Of a stretch of 64,000 bases of DNA, positions 38,061 through 51,811 are shown piece by piece. Where the stretch lies: contig NC_068983.1 of NCBI RefSeq assembly GCF_001194135.2, positions 109,764,401 through 109,828,400 of the forward strand, in the 5' to 3' direction. How positions within the stretch are numbered: the stretch's first letter is position 1; every line of letters begins with the position of its first letter. The notes under the pieces were generated by a model. That model ran no database searches and was not told the DNA's origin. It saw nothing but the letters and a program-made list of their open reading frames with translations. This DNA is from Octopus bimaculoides (taxonomy: Eukaryota). A program made the position numbers and the translations under genes.

Positions 38061-41000
38061 TAATATTAGAATGGCTAATCCCTTTGGTGGGTGCATGTTG
38101 GGAAGATCCTCTTTCTCTTGTGCATATTTCATGTTATATATACATACACATTCATATACACATACAAACATATATTTATGCATGTGTAATTATGTGTATC
38201 TCTCTTTCTATATATATATAAATATATATGTGTGTGTGTGTGTGTGTGTATGTGTACATATATGTATATATTTTTCATTCTTGTTTTTTTAATCTATATT
38301 TCCATGCTAGTGTGAATTAGGTATATTATACAGGCATTTTTTACAGCCAGATGTTCTTCCAGTAACTAACACATACTATTTTTCAAATAAGGACTTTGTT
38401 GTTGGACATTGCTTTGAAGGGGCCATGAATTTGTTGACAGAAGAAATGACACAATAACACTTGTAGCTCAGTGATTTTCTAAAGAAAAAAACAAAAGAAA
38501 TCTAACTGTAAACATATGCAGACATGTTTATGATGAGCTTCTTCATATTCTGTCTACCAGAGCCACTGACACATTTTTGGTCAGCTGAATGCTATAATAA
38601 AACACTCATGCAAGGTACCACACAGTGGGATTGAATCTAAAACTATAAGATTGTGAAGTAAACTTTTTAACCACGTACCTACACTTGCACCTATACATAC
38701 ACATGCACACAGACGTGTGTGTGAATTGTGAATTGAAAGTCACAATGCTGGTAATGATGTACATTGAGTTGTACATCACTATGTATTAAAGTATGTGTGT
38801 GTGGTTGTGTATATGCATGTATTTATTTTTGTGCGTGCATGTCTACTATTGTTGCCTCCTCCACCCTTTGACATTCTCTAATCTTCTTACCTCTCTCTTT
38901 CCTGTCACACTTAACTCAGTCACTCAATCTCCCTAACAAATCTCCACCACTCATGCAACCTAGATACCACATAACAAGTCTGTTTTGAATTTGTAAACTG
39001 ACTTCCTATAAGAATCCTTTACAGTAGATATATCAAAATTGTACTGCACCCTCCTTAATCATGAGCAGCTATCAATTAGGGGCCTCACTGTTGCCTCAGA
39101 ATATTAATTTCATCGCTATCATTCGTATAGAGATACTGGAAAGGCCATACACTACTCTCCAAATCCAGCAGAGGGAAAACAAAATATGCTCATTATATTG
39201 ATCACTTGCTCTAAATGGAATTGTTTTCATAATATGTATCAAGCTAGCTGCAGCTTTAACTGGAGATACATCATCATTTAAAGTCAAATCTGCTTTCCAT
39301 GCTGGCTTAAGTTGGGTAGTTTGACAGGAACTGATGAGCTGCAAAGTTGTGATGAGTTCCATTGACATTTTTTCGCATGGTTTTTGTCTCTGGATACCCT
39401 ACCTAATGCCAGGTAGTGTACAAAGTCTACTGGGTGCCTTATTCCTGTCCACTGGGTGCCTTATTCCTGTCCACAAGTTCCTATCACTTTAAGCAGTCAG
39501 CATGTCTATGCAAATGTCTTTGATTTCTAACTCACTGAGTCTGAAATTTGTAGGATGAATATAGGGAAATATGTTGATTTGGTACTTAAATGGTAATTAT
39601 TTTGACACTGGAAGAGTCAGAAAACTATTGTAGATCAGCCTTAATGGAACTTAGAATGTAGAGGATCATAACAGAATACCGTAAGGCATTTTGTCCAATG
39701 TGCTGACAATTCTGCTGATTTCCATTCCTCAGTAATTACATTACTATTAAAATAGAAGCTCCTCACAGCAGCCAGAATAGACTAGAATGTTGCAAGAAAT
39801 CATAAAGTAAAAGGTAAAAGTTCCTAATTTATTTTAAATTATATGTATAATAGAAATAATGTCAAATAACCTATGTGAAATAACATTGCAATGACATTCC
39901 CTGGAGAGAGAAAGTGCAATGCAATTTTTAAATGTCCATAGAAATTACTACTGTATAAAAATGGCACTTGTCTTTCTTTTGTTGTTTATCCTTCATTGCA
40001 TTTTTAAATATGCTCTTGCAAAGTAATGCTATATGCGTATTTCAGATATTAGAAATTAACACTGGGATATTCTGAAAAATAATGCATAAATACTTCAAAT
40101 TAATAAATGGGTCTTTAGGTGTAATTAAATGCAAACCAACAATCAATAGATAATTTTCTAGTCCAAATGAAATCTTACACTTATGCAAGTAATACTTTAA
40201 TTATATTTTCCATCAATAATTTCTTGTAATTAAACTCTATGTTAATAATTACCTTAGCTATTATACTTTGGCTCCTCCTACCAACTTGCTTCTATTATCT
40301 GGTATAATTATGGTATAACAGTTTTCTCTCAACACAGTTTTGTGCACGTTTTGAGAAGGATATGTAACAATTAGAAACCAGCATGATCCAAATTCTATTT
40401 TTCAAAAGACTACTGAAATGAGTTACTTATGCTGACATGTTCTGTCTTAGTGGAATAGATGCCAGACATGTAGTTTCTCATGCAATTTGTGCAAAGAATA
40501 TCTTGTTTTGCAGCTGGACCCCTCCAACTGTGAGAAGTTTTTGTTTTTTTCTTTGTAATTAAGGAATTCAATGTAGCAGGCTTTCCATGTATATATGTGT
40601 ACAAAGAAAATGTGATTACCCAAGTCCAGAGCGAACTACTTGCTTTCAGTCTCAGTAAATCACCAGTGCCTGACATACAGCAGAGCCTGTTGAGCATTCA
40701 TCAGACTGATTGGCCACAGCTGGACACACTGTGCCCCATCATCTCCCATGTGATATCCTTGGTCATTGTCTCAGCAACAGATGACCTAATAATAAAAAGA
40801 ATAATAACTGGTTTACAATACTTGATGCTAGCTGTTATCTTCTGATTTATGTATAAGCCAGAACTGTTGTCTGAGCTAGTTGTTCTGTCATTTCCTTGGT
40901 TCACCACTTTTACAACACCCTATCTGCAACCTTCCATTCAAGCGTTGCAGTTTGGTCACATTGAGAGAAATGGTTTGATGTCAGATTCTTTTCAATAACC

Positions 41001-42930
41001 TTGGTTTTTGTTTTCAAGTAAGCTGACTGATGATTGAAAATTCAACCAAAAGAGCTTGTGATTTTTATTTACTATTTGCTGCATTAAAAGATGGTGCTGC
41101 TTAGTTGTGTAACTGATTTGAAAGCAGTGCTATCAATGTATGGATAAGCTTCTTTCCATTTTAAGGTGTTTGATACAGCCTCTTTTAGCTGCTGGGTTTT
41201 TTATGGGGTTATTATCAGCATGGGAGCAGTTAAAAATTCCTTCTGTTAAATTTTCTTTTACTTAAGTATTAATGATTAATAATAAATTGTGCTGAAGAAA
41301 GCAGCAGAAACTGTGTTGGGGTACCCTCATTTGTTATTTCTGGAGATGAAAAAGCAGAGAGTATATCATTTTGATCTGTCTTTGTAAAATTGGTGGTTTA
41401 TTGAATGGAGTTTTAGTGCAGATTAACACAGATTTATGAGTGCATTATTGTTGAAAATGTATTTGTAAACTATACAGAAGCTGTGTATTTAGCTTATGTT
41501 ACTCTTTACAATACTAATCAATTTGCTAATACATAAAAATGATCTTTGTAAATTTATTTTTCAAAATACCATCTTGCACTTTAGGTAGATTTTTTTAATT
41601 TTAGTTATGTTGTATTACTGTCTGTTTGGATCCTTGCTCACGTTTTTGAGATATTTCCTTCAACAGGTGGTTAATGCCATTGAAGGCATAACCTCTCCTA
41701 TCAATTAGTCTTATAAAAGAAGTTGTAATGTTAGTTGATCGTAGAGTTTTAGGAAATCTTCAGTTTAGAAATAGTATTGTTAAAAGTTCAAAGAAAATAT
41801 TGCTAGAAATATAACTATATGCAATATTAAATATCTATTCAATAATTTTATAATACTGCCTCTAAATTTATTTGCTTCTGAATCATATGAAATATTATGT
41901 TGAAGTTCATTTTCAATGTTTAAAACAAAAGAAATTTTAAAAAAAGCCCCAAACTGGTTTTTTTAAATAATTTATTTGTGAAAATATTTCATTTTCTTTA
42001 TATTTAAGTTTTACTGGGTAATGTCTTTGAAATTTATTTTACTTGGGCATTTCTCAGTGAAATATATTTTCCAATATGCTCTTTGTCCCTATAAAATTGT
42101 AGTTTTGTTAATTGGAAATCTTCTAATAAAAGCTGCAGGTTGCTTTCAATTGAAGAATGAATCTTACAAAAAAATTTTGAAAAATAATGGAAGACAAAAG
42201 TTTTGATTAAATATTAAATATATGTCTGAATTATTACTTCTTTTCTTATTGTAATATGGCTGATTGATATCTTCAATATCTTCTACATTTCAGTAGAGTG
42301 ATCTTCCTATTGCATAAGCTATAACTGAAGTATTATTGAAGCAACTGAAGACACTGCAAAATAGATCAATCAAAACTTCCATCTTTTCCTGTGAAGATAT
42401 GAAAAGTGTGTGTGTATTTGAGTGTATGTGTTTATATGTGTGTGTATGTGTGTTTAGAATAAAGCAATAACTTCAATAAGCGCAAACAATTCACAATTGA
42501 TCATGAAGTTTATTTTCTCATGAAAATAATAATGGAATGCATTTCTTGAATATTTATTTTCTATTGTTCAGTTTGCATTTTCTTTATTTTCATTTGTACA
42601 TGTTGAGAACGACTTTGTGCATACAGTTAAGTACTCAGTAGGCTGTCAAATACACATTAGGTATGTGTGATATTAAGTGAAAGAAAATCCTGAAAAAGGT
42701 TTACAAAAGATACCATTATTCATTTCTTTTTACACATGTACTGTATATAGGTTGGAATTTGATCTTTACTAGAATTGTTTCAAAATCATGGTTCATGTAG
42801 CTAATAGGTGTTCTGTGTTTTTTTTTAATATACAATTTCTAGCATGAGCCAAAGTCAGGAGGATTTAATCAGTTGAAGTAATTTTAATCAACTTCAGTAT
42901 ATGACTAGTACTTTGTGCATGTGTCTGTGT

Positions 42931-42977
<47 letters not shown>

Positions 42978-44200
42978 CCTCATTCAGCATTCATTTTTCC
43001 ATGCTGGCATGGTTTGGATGGTTCAACAAAAGCTGATGTGTCTGAGGATTGTGCCCAGATCCAGTGTTTGCTTTGACATAGTCTGTACAGCTAGATACTC
43101 TTCCTAACATCAACCATTGTACAGTGTACTGGTGAGGTCCCCAAGTTTTCACTAGACAAGATATCTTAATTGTGTATTGATGGAGGTGAAAGTTTGATAG
43201 AGGGACAGGAAGAGGTGTCTTGCTGAAGAGGAAAATTTAGAGCTTCCCAAGATGGAAGTGAGCATAATGGTGAGGCTACATCCCAAAGGTGCTAGGTGAT
43301 TATGAGAGAGAAAGAATGGATATAGAGGAATAGGAAGAGTGGGTAGGTAAGTTAGCAAGAGTGTGCAAAGAGTGTCCCAAAATTTACTATTTCAATGAAA
43401 TCAGGCAAACAAAAAAACTGACAATTTTATGATTATTACTTAATTATGACACCAAAACAAATGGATTATAAATTTTATGTCAAAACTTAATTGAAAATTT
43501 TCAACATGTGCTCTGTTTATACCCTGCAAATTTCAAATCTATTCTTAGCATTGTGAAATACATTTTGAAGCATTTCAGGAGTTATCTCTTGCACAACTAA
43601 CAGAATACATTCTTTAAAAGTTTAGCTGTAGTAAAACATGTAGTTATAATTAGTATGTGAAACAAAATGGTAAATCTAAGATCTGTTATAGTATGGAAGT
43701 AGTTGTAATTTTTGTAGCCTTAATTGTTTGCTATATCTAGAAGTCATTTTACTGAATGTGGATGAAAATTTGCTAATCACTCCTCTATTTCATTTTATTT
43801 TTCCCTCTGTGCCTTTTGTCTATGCATAACTTGAATATGCTAACAAGAGAGTGTCTATATGATTGCTTGGCCTGTGAGAAATAATTGCCATATGTGCCTC
43901 AAATCACATCTTTAAAAAGAAAATGGATGCACTGGTTAATCTGGTTCTCAGTTTCATTCACACAGTAAAAAGGTTGGCATGGTCATAGCTGTAGTTCCTT
44001 TAATTATTGATTTGTTTGATCAGAGTGGAGCTGAGATGAATCAGCAGCATAACTTTGAAAAACATTTAACTTCAGTTAAATTTCTTAATAATAATTGTCC
44101 TCGAACTATGCAGATGATTGAAAAGTCAAAACGAGAGAGAATAAACTACATTAAAACTTCAACTGTGATTGATTCTATATTGAAGTATAATTTAAATGTT

Positions 44201-44412
44201 GGTTTCAAATTTTGGCACAAGCCCACCAAGTTCAGGGAATGGGGGAAGAGGTTAGTTGATTACATCGATCCCAGTCCTTAACTGGTGCTTATTTCCTTGA
44301 CCCCGAAAGGATGAAAGGCAAAGTCAACTTTGGCAGCATTTGGACTCAGAACATAGAGACTGATGAAATGCTGCTAAGCATTTTGCCCAGCATGCTAACA
44401 ACTCTGCCAGTT
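44201..44412 (-). mobile_element. SINE family C, CpG-decayed copy
   Basis: Colinear with 20441-20650, with many CG>TG/CA changes. Confidence 0.9.
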
Positions 44413-45151
44413 TGCTTGCTGTCTTGAATAAATCAACATTGTAAGGAAATAAACCGTATTCATAAATATAATAAAGAATACTAAACTTTACACTGAACTG
44501 TTACTTTTAACACACCTCTCACCAAAATAGATATAGAAATAAATGAGGCAAAAATATGAATTAGTTTACTAGATAAAAAGTAGTAGTTGAAGGAAATTAA
44601 TATGTAAATGATACATAAAATAACCAGCTAGAGGAGATGTCTTCTTGGGGTTAAAAAACCACAGTAGAGTTTGCTCAAAAGGACAGCCATGGCTACTAAT
44701 ATTACTATACATTCTATTTTTATAGAAATAACACTATGATCATAGAATATCATTTTCCTAATTTTTTTTACAGTTGTCTTAAAATGAAACAATAAGTTAA
44801 CGAGCAATTAGAGATTTGTGATTACAATGTCATGATTTCAAGCATTTTCATCTATACTGTTTTACTCTTAGTAATGCTTATTAATCTACTTATTGAGATA
44901 TTCTAATTTGTAAAATCGCTGTCAAATGACATTCTGGGCTGAAAGATTTCATTTACTTAAACATTTATAACTAAAATTTTCTCAACATTTCAAACTATGA
45001 TATCTTTTAAATATATTGATTATTGATTGGTGTGTGTATGTAGATATATGGCATTTATACTGACACATGCTTATTCCCACTTGAAACTCTTCTTTCAAAT
45101 CTTACTCCTATTCCGTTTCTTTCAATTTCTCTCTCCCTCTCTCTCTTTCAG

Positions 45152-45280
45152 GGAGCAGTGCATTTTCAGGAAGGCAATGAATTTGAAGTTCTCATCAACA
45201 TCACTGCTCCTACAGTAGAAGATGCCTATTCTGTCCATATTGAGCTGGTTGAATATAAAGAGGGACTTTTGCTTCAGTTG
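45152..45280 (+). CDS. Internal coding exon, phase 0-0 (GAVHFQEGNEFEVLINITAPTVEDAYSVHIELVEYKEGLLLQL) of an unidentified membrane protein
   Basis: Long polypyrimidine tract + ttcag acceptor; TTG|GTGAGG donor; 129-nt open frame; phase-compatible with the exon at 48500. Confidence 0.85.
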
Positions 45281-46099
45281 GTGAGGCATTTTCCTTATTT
45301 GTTCTTTTTTTTTTTAACTTAAAATGATTTCTGTAATGGGAATTTAATCTCACATATAATCTTATATGATTTTTATAAATATTTCCTGTTCCATTGTTGT
45401 TAGAAGACATTTATATATAAACTGATAAACTTTTGTTATCCTTGGCTTCATTTTTTTTTTACTTTTCAAAATAATTAGTTACTAAATTTCATTACCTTAT
45501 TATAATTTTTGACATTGTTTAATTATTTTTATTCATATTTTCAGAGTTAAAGCTTCAGATAATAAACAAATAGTATAAACCGTTGAGTTTAAATACTGAA
45601 GTTTATTATAAAAATCAATTTGAATTATTTTACTACAAGCACAAAATTCTATTTTATTTGAAACTATACATCAATAAATGCATAAATGAAAAAAAATGAT
45701 GCTTGTTGAAGTTATATAGTTTCCTCTCATTAAAACCTCTAAAATACTTACATACATACATGCACATACTCATAAGTACATTCAATTGGAAAAATCTAGT
45801 TACACGAAAAAAAAAAAACCTTTTTCTACTTCTCATTATACTTTGCTTCATTTTGAAAAACTTTGTGTATATTTGTGAAGTGTTATATATTTAATTCAAA
45901 TAGCTGAATTCAATAAGCACTTAATAAATTCATACCATGCTTGAAAAATAATTTTACAGGTATTATTATTATAATATTTTTACTATAGTTGTTTGGAAGT
46001 TATATTAAGTATTTTACTAAAGTGGGTGCATACTTCATGTAAGCCAAATAATTCTATTTAATTAAATTTATTTTCTTATGAGAACATCTTTTATGTAAA

Positions 46100-47850
46100 T
46101 GTAGAGGGTATTCACCAGACTGGAATGTTGTAAAGAAGGATAAGGTTTGGTGTGCTATGGAGAGACTAAGAGAAAAATGAAAGGCACAGAATTTGCTGTG
46201 GTAGAATGAGACTTGAATGGAATATGTCATAAGGGAATTCCTTGAAGGATGAAATGAGACAAGTTGATGTTCTTGATAAAAATAAGGAAAAAGCAGAAAA
46301 GATATATGATGTTGAAGGGGAAGGCAGCATGGAGAGCAATCTACTTCTAGAATTGGCAGAGAAAACTTAGATGTTAAGAAACCGGGAAGAGTAATGAAGT
46401 TAAAAGCAGGATAGCCAATGACAATTGAATGAAATATGTTAAAGGCAGCACAAAGTTGGGGTGTAAAGAAAATAATGAAGATCTGCCCATTAGTAGTGGA
46501 AGAAGACCATTTCCCAGCAGACTAGGAGTTTTCTCTCGTGCTTCTGTACAATGAGAAAGGTAATCCCTTTGACTATTACTCATAAAGTGCAATAAAGTTA
46601 TTGAAGGTAACAGGGTGTTAGAAAAGGAGATGAGGAAGAAAGTGGAATCAGAGAGAAGGATGACCAATGCAATTTTTTTTTTTTTTTTGCATGGTACTTA
46701 CTAGAAAAAGTACAGAGACTTGAGGAGGAAGTTGTTTCTTGTGCATTTTTTTTTTCTTGATTTGGAAAAACCTTCCAATAGGTTCCCTCATGAAGTAATG
46801 ACTTGGACATTAAGAGAGGAAGTTAGGAGTAGCAGAATGATTGATTAAAATATTAATGTTGAGGTATGAGAGAATAAGTACAGTTGTGAGAAGAAAAGGC
46901 AGGAATAGACATGATATTGAAGTGAAAGTTTTAGTGTCACATGGGTCAATATTAGCCCATTACTATTTGTAGATTTTAGATGGAAGTTTAAGGTGTATAG
47001 AATGACCCATTGCAGTAGTTGCTGTACACAGGTGAGCTAGTGTTAATACTAGAGAGTTTGATTGGTTTGTAGGAGATGATTCGGTGGAAGGAATGTATGG
47101 AAGCAAAAGATAGAAAGGAGAATATTGGAAAGACAAAGGTGATGACAAGTGGTAACCCATATGGTGAGTGGGAAAGGCAGAAAGTGTATTGGGTTAAACT
47201 CCATTAAATGTACAATATGCACTGAGTGGGTTCGTGAAAAATGTAGTTGTGTGAGAGGGATATTAAAGTTCTATCTAAATTTAAGTGTAAAGAGAATATA
47301 GAGAGAATTGCTGAAGTGGGTCTTGCAAAAGAAATAGAGATGAAAGGAAATTATGAACCATTTTGTTACATAAGAAAGTGGATTGGAATCACTGTCAGTG
47401 GTTACAGTGAGACGTGCATGACAGAAGCTCCTGGAATTGGGTGGTATACTAATGAGTGATGGAATATACTGCAAATGCAAGATGTGCTTGCATTTATGAT
47501 AGTGTGAGATATTGGATAACGGATGAGGAGCAACAGAAAAGATTGGAAAGAATAGAAATGAGAATGGTTTGGAGTGTCCCTAAGAAAGAGCAGGACAAAC
47601 AACAAATTTATGATAATGATGGGAATAGAGCCAGAGATAGATAGTGTTTCAAGAAATATACATTTTGGTCATGTCCTGAGGAAGGATGAAAATGACGGGG
47701 TAAGAGAATTGATGAACATGGAAGGAAGCAGATGGAGAAGAAGACTGAGGAAGACAGATAAAGTTGATGGAAGAGGATATGAGAAGAAGATTGGTATGGT
47801 GGGGCTGTAGAGGATAGAACTAATCAAAGATTCCCATGGGGGCCCACAAA
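46100..47850 (+). mobile_element. Heavily decayed RTE LINE RT region
   Basis: AFFFLDLEKPSNRFPHEVMTWTLR (cf. AFLDLEKAFDRVP), SHGSILAH (cf. QGSVLSP), LLYTGELV (cf. LLYADDLV), FGHVLRKDE. Confidence 0.75.
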
Positions 47851-48499
47851 GCTAACTTCGCAGTTCACAAAGAAAATGGTCTTAAAATACTTTTGTTGTA
47901 ATTAGTAACAAAAAAGAGTAAATGCATAACTTGATGATAGTAAATATATATTGCTAATGCAGGAGAGCAAAGGTGGTAGCAGCAGTAAAAGAGATGGGAG
48001 GTCAGTATTTATTGGTAGGTTGTTGGTTATAGTATATTGGTAAATAATGACTAGGCAATGAATTGATAGAGTTGTTGGCACATCATTTGAATACCTTGTG
48101 GTATTTATTCTGGCTTTTTATGTTCTGGATTCAAATTTTGCCAAAGTCAGTTTTGCTTTTTATTCTCCTGTGGTCTATAAAGTACCTACCTAGGTGGAAT
48201 TGTTTGAGTATCTGAATTTATACCAGTTATTTGCATTGTGAGATTGAATCCTGCTTGTTGGTAAACTTAATCTGTTACTTGATTTAATATAAGAATCTGG
48301 TCCTTGAATGCTTTTAGAAGAGTCCACTATATTTTAAGCACTTGAACCAGGTCTCAGTTTTGAGTTACTTTTATTCTTCTATTTTATCAATCACAAAGGC
48401 CCTGGAAAGTATTGTAGATAGTTAGTTTTAAAATGTTTGACTATTTTTTCTTTTCATTTATGTAGTTTCATATATATATTCCTTCTCTTTTTTTTTCAG

Positions 48500-48835
48500 T
48501 ATCAAAGACCACTGAATGGACATGTGCCTGGTCTAAAATGGGTTTTCCTAACAGTAGGCATTTCTACAATGATATCATTCTTCTTTGCTTTGATTTGTGC
48601 TAATTCATGGAATAAATCCCAGGGGTTTTTAGATGTTAGTGGTCAGCCTACAGAGTGCTATGATATGACACAACAGCCCATGATGTATAGATCCCGCAAC
48701 AGTATGTATTTAGCATCACAGGGTGGTGACCTACCTCTTCATGCTGAAGAAGAAGCTGACAACAATCAAAATGAAGATACATTAAAAGGTGTTCCGGAGA
48801 TGCCTGAGGAAGAAGAAGCCGAAGCTCTTAGAATG
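48500..48835 (+). CDS. Coding exon with TM helix (WVFLTVGISTMISFFFALIC) and acidic cytoplasmic segment
   Basis: Acceptor ccttctcttttttttttcag|TAT and donor ATG|GTAAGC; 336 nt, phase 0-0; supported by its paralogous duplicate at 49319. Confidence 0.88.
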
Positions 48836-49318
48836 GTAAGCACTTATCTGTTATCTTCTGAGGAAAGAGATGTTTACTGTTAGTGTTTCCATAAGAAGCT
48901 AATTTATCTTTCGATATTTTCTTTTATTTGAAGTTTGTTTATTTTAAAAATAATTTTGGTTAAAGGTGTTTGAGTTATGTTGAAAATCTTTTTCGCATGC
49001 TAATATTTAAATTAAGAATTAAATTTTTTTCTAGTTTTGTTTTTACTTTAAATGATAATGCTCTTGTTAGTGTAGTTAAAATCATGGTGAGGCACTCATT
49101 GTTTCCCTGTTTGTGTTTATATTTTAAGATTAGACAATGGGACACATTTTATGCTTTCCTTAAATATACGTTTTGGCAAAGCAATGACTGCTTTGTACTT
49201 CTTATTTATGTGAGAAATCTAAACAAAAAGAGAGTATTGGAAAAAATAAAAGAAAAAAAGCAATTAAGATACTCTCAACAGTGTATCATCGATAAATAGC
49301 ATGTGTTTGGCCTCACAG

Positions 49319-49438
49319 GGTGGAGGTATGCTACTACTTCATGCAGAAGAAGAAGAAGCTGACATCTACCAGAATGAAGATACATTAAAAGGTGTTCCCG
49401 AAATGCCAGACGAGGAGGAGGCAGACACTCTTAGAATG
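49319..49438 (+). CDS. Tandem duplicate exon (GGGMLLLHAEEEEADIYQNEDTLKGVPEMPDEEEADTLRM)
   Basis: Acceptor tttggcctcacag|GGT and donor ATG|GTATGA; 120 nt, phase 0-0; differs from 48722-48835 mostly at synonymous sites. Confidence 0.8.
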
Positions 49439-50583
49439 GTATGATATTGCTACTGAAGTTTTCGAATTCAAATAGATATTGGTCGTCTACATCTCCTTGC
49501 CAAAATGTTTGAAAATAAAGATCCCAGTTCAAATATTTAGGTTGATGGTTTTTGTTGTATATATTTTTGTCAACTTTAGGTATTGATTATATGAATTTAG
49601 GTTGGCAGTCTTTTCCAGTTCCCTGCAAAAATTAGTATCATATAAAAAAGCTTTAAACTTTTATTAGGGAATTTTGGGGGAGAAATCAAGTGATAGGATA
49701 GATTTCAAATAGATATTATCATACCATAAGCTTCAAATAAATGAAATGATGGCAATCTGGATTGTTCTAAGTTGATAAATAATTAGACTTCAATGAAAAT
49801 TAAAACTGAGTATAGATTTCAAGAAATATTAGTGATTTATGATGATAGGAAAAAAAAAAGTATATTTATATTATTATCATTAAACATAATTAAAAATTAA
49901 ATGTTTTGTATTGAGCATGTAAAAGTATCTAAAATTTACTATAAGTAAAGAATGAATTTCTCACATACATATGAGTCATTAAGATAACATCTTTTGAACA
50001 ACAAAACCTCCTTAATCCTTAATAATAGTTTGGAAAGTAGTCATCATTAAATTTTGGAGTGTTTCATAACCAAAGTGAAGTTTTCAGCTACTTCTCTAAG
50101 TAATGCAATAATTTAAATATGTAAGCTCTTCATTATGTTTTAAAATTTCTCTTAGTACAGTCCATCTTGTATTCTTAATATATGAAAACAGCACTTTGCA
50201 AATGACAATCACCTTTCCATGAACTTAGAAGCATGAAAGCAGATCAACAGAATTATGCATGTGGAAATGCTAAACACACTCACACACTTTCCCTATCTTT
50301 CTCTTTCACATATGTACACTTGTGCATTGTTGCTTATACTACTGAGTTTAATACATCATGTTTTATGCTGCCACATTTGAAAATGATAATATAGAAAAAA
50401 GAAGTGAAATTCCTTTTTACATTACATCTTTATTTCTCACCTTCTTACCTTTTTCTCCATTGAAAAAAAAAAAAAAAAAAAAACCATGAAAATTATTTTT
50501 GTGTTGAATATTTATAGATAGGTGTAAATTTTACATTTTACAGTATTTTCTCTGAAATGCGTTTTTGCTGTTGATATTTGCAG

Positions 50584-50613
50584 TATGAAGGAAACAATAT
50601 AAAAAGTACAAGA
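50584..50613 (+). CDS. Candidate 30-nt exon (YEGNNIKSTR)
   Basis: Acceptor gatatttgcag| and donor AGA|GTAATT, phase 0-0; splice signals are the only evidence. Confidence 0.25.
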
Positions 50614-51399
50614 GTAATTTTAATGATTAAGTTAGGTTGCTGTATGTTAATGAGTTTCTTCCATGTTAGTTGAACACTTTTTTACTTCATGGAATATCTT
50701 TATTTCAGCAAATTTTAAATAATATAACAATGTAAACTTATTGAACTTAAGAGGCACTATCATCATGTGAACACTCAGTAATTTTGAGCATTTAGACTTT
50801 ATAAAAACTAAACATATATTTTGTTTAATTTTATTTTTGTCTTTATATCTGCTTTTACCATGCCAGCATGGGTTAGATGAGATTTCTTGGAGCAGTATTC
50901 TGTAGCAAGATACCAACTCTTCATTGTTCCCATGTTAGATACTGTTGAAAAGTTGAAGTAGATATTGTGTATTAGAGACATGAGAAATGTCTCTGCAGCA
51001 CAACTGTTGTCATTATAAAGCATAGGAAGAGGACACACACACACACACACATATCAATGCATATATATGTGGGTGTGTGCATATGCATGTGTATGTACAT
51101 GTGTGTAAATATGTATGTGTGTCAATGTCTATATGTATATATGAATGCATGCATGTATATATATAGATGTGGGTACGAGACACATTAAGCCTTCAGCTTT
51201 TCTTGAACTCAGGCATTGTTTCTAGTATCCATTTTTGCTTTGTGTTGCTTGTCGATATCTTAGTACATTCTGAGCAATCTCATGTGCCTCAAAGTTATCT
51301 CTAATCAAGTAATGGTAAGTTACATCGATGAATCTTTTTGAAACTCCCACCTTAACTCTCTTTACACTTGGATTGCTACCCAGTAGCACTAATATTGCT

Positions 51400-51553
51400 A
51401 TTAGTATCCAGTTTGAATAAATTTCCTTTGTTCAAATCTTAGTTTTCCTCCCTTCATTATTTTTAATTTGTTAAATTTGAAAAGAAATAAAGAAATGAAG
51501 ATTGAGTTATCAGCTGTCGAAGTATGCATACTTTTTTTTTGAGACACCCTGTA
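51400..51553 (-). mobile_element. Tc1/mariner-like terminal fragment
   Basis: Reverse strand begins TA-CAGGGTGTCTCAAAAAA, a typical Tc1-family terminus. Confidence 0.55.
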
Positions 51554-51642
51554 TAATATATATATATATAGATATGGAAGTTTAGATTTAGGTACATATG
51601 TGTGTGTTTGTATGTTTGTGTGTGTGTATATATTTGTATATA

Positions 51643-51744
<102 letters not shown>

Positions 51745-51811
51745 GAAGTTTACATGTAAGTATATATGTGTGTGTATGTATGTTTGTGTATGTGTATATA
51801 TATATATATAT

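Noticed and set aside
39429-39474. Perfect 22-bp tandem duplication (actgggtgccttattcctgtcc x2)
   Set aside because: Simple slippage within a decayed family B repeat; only two units and no spacer, so not CRISPR-like.
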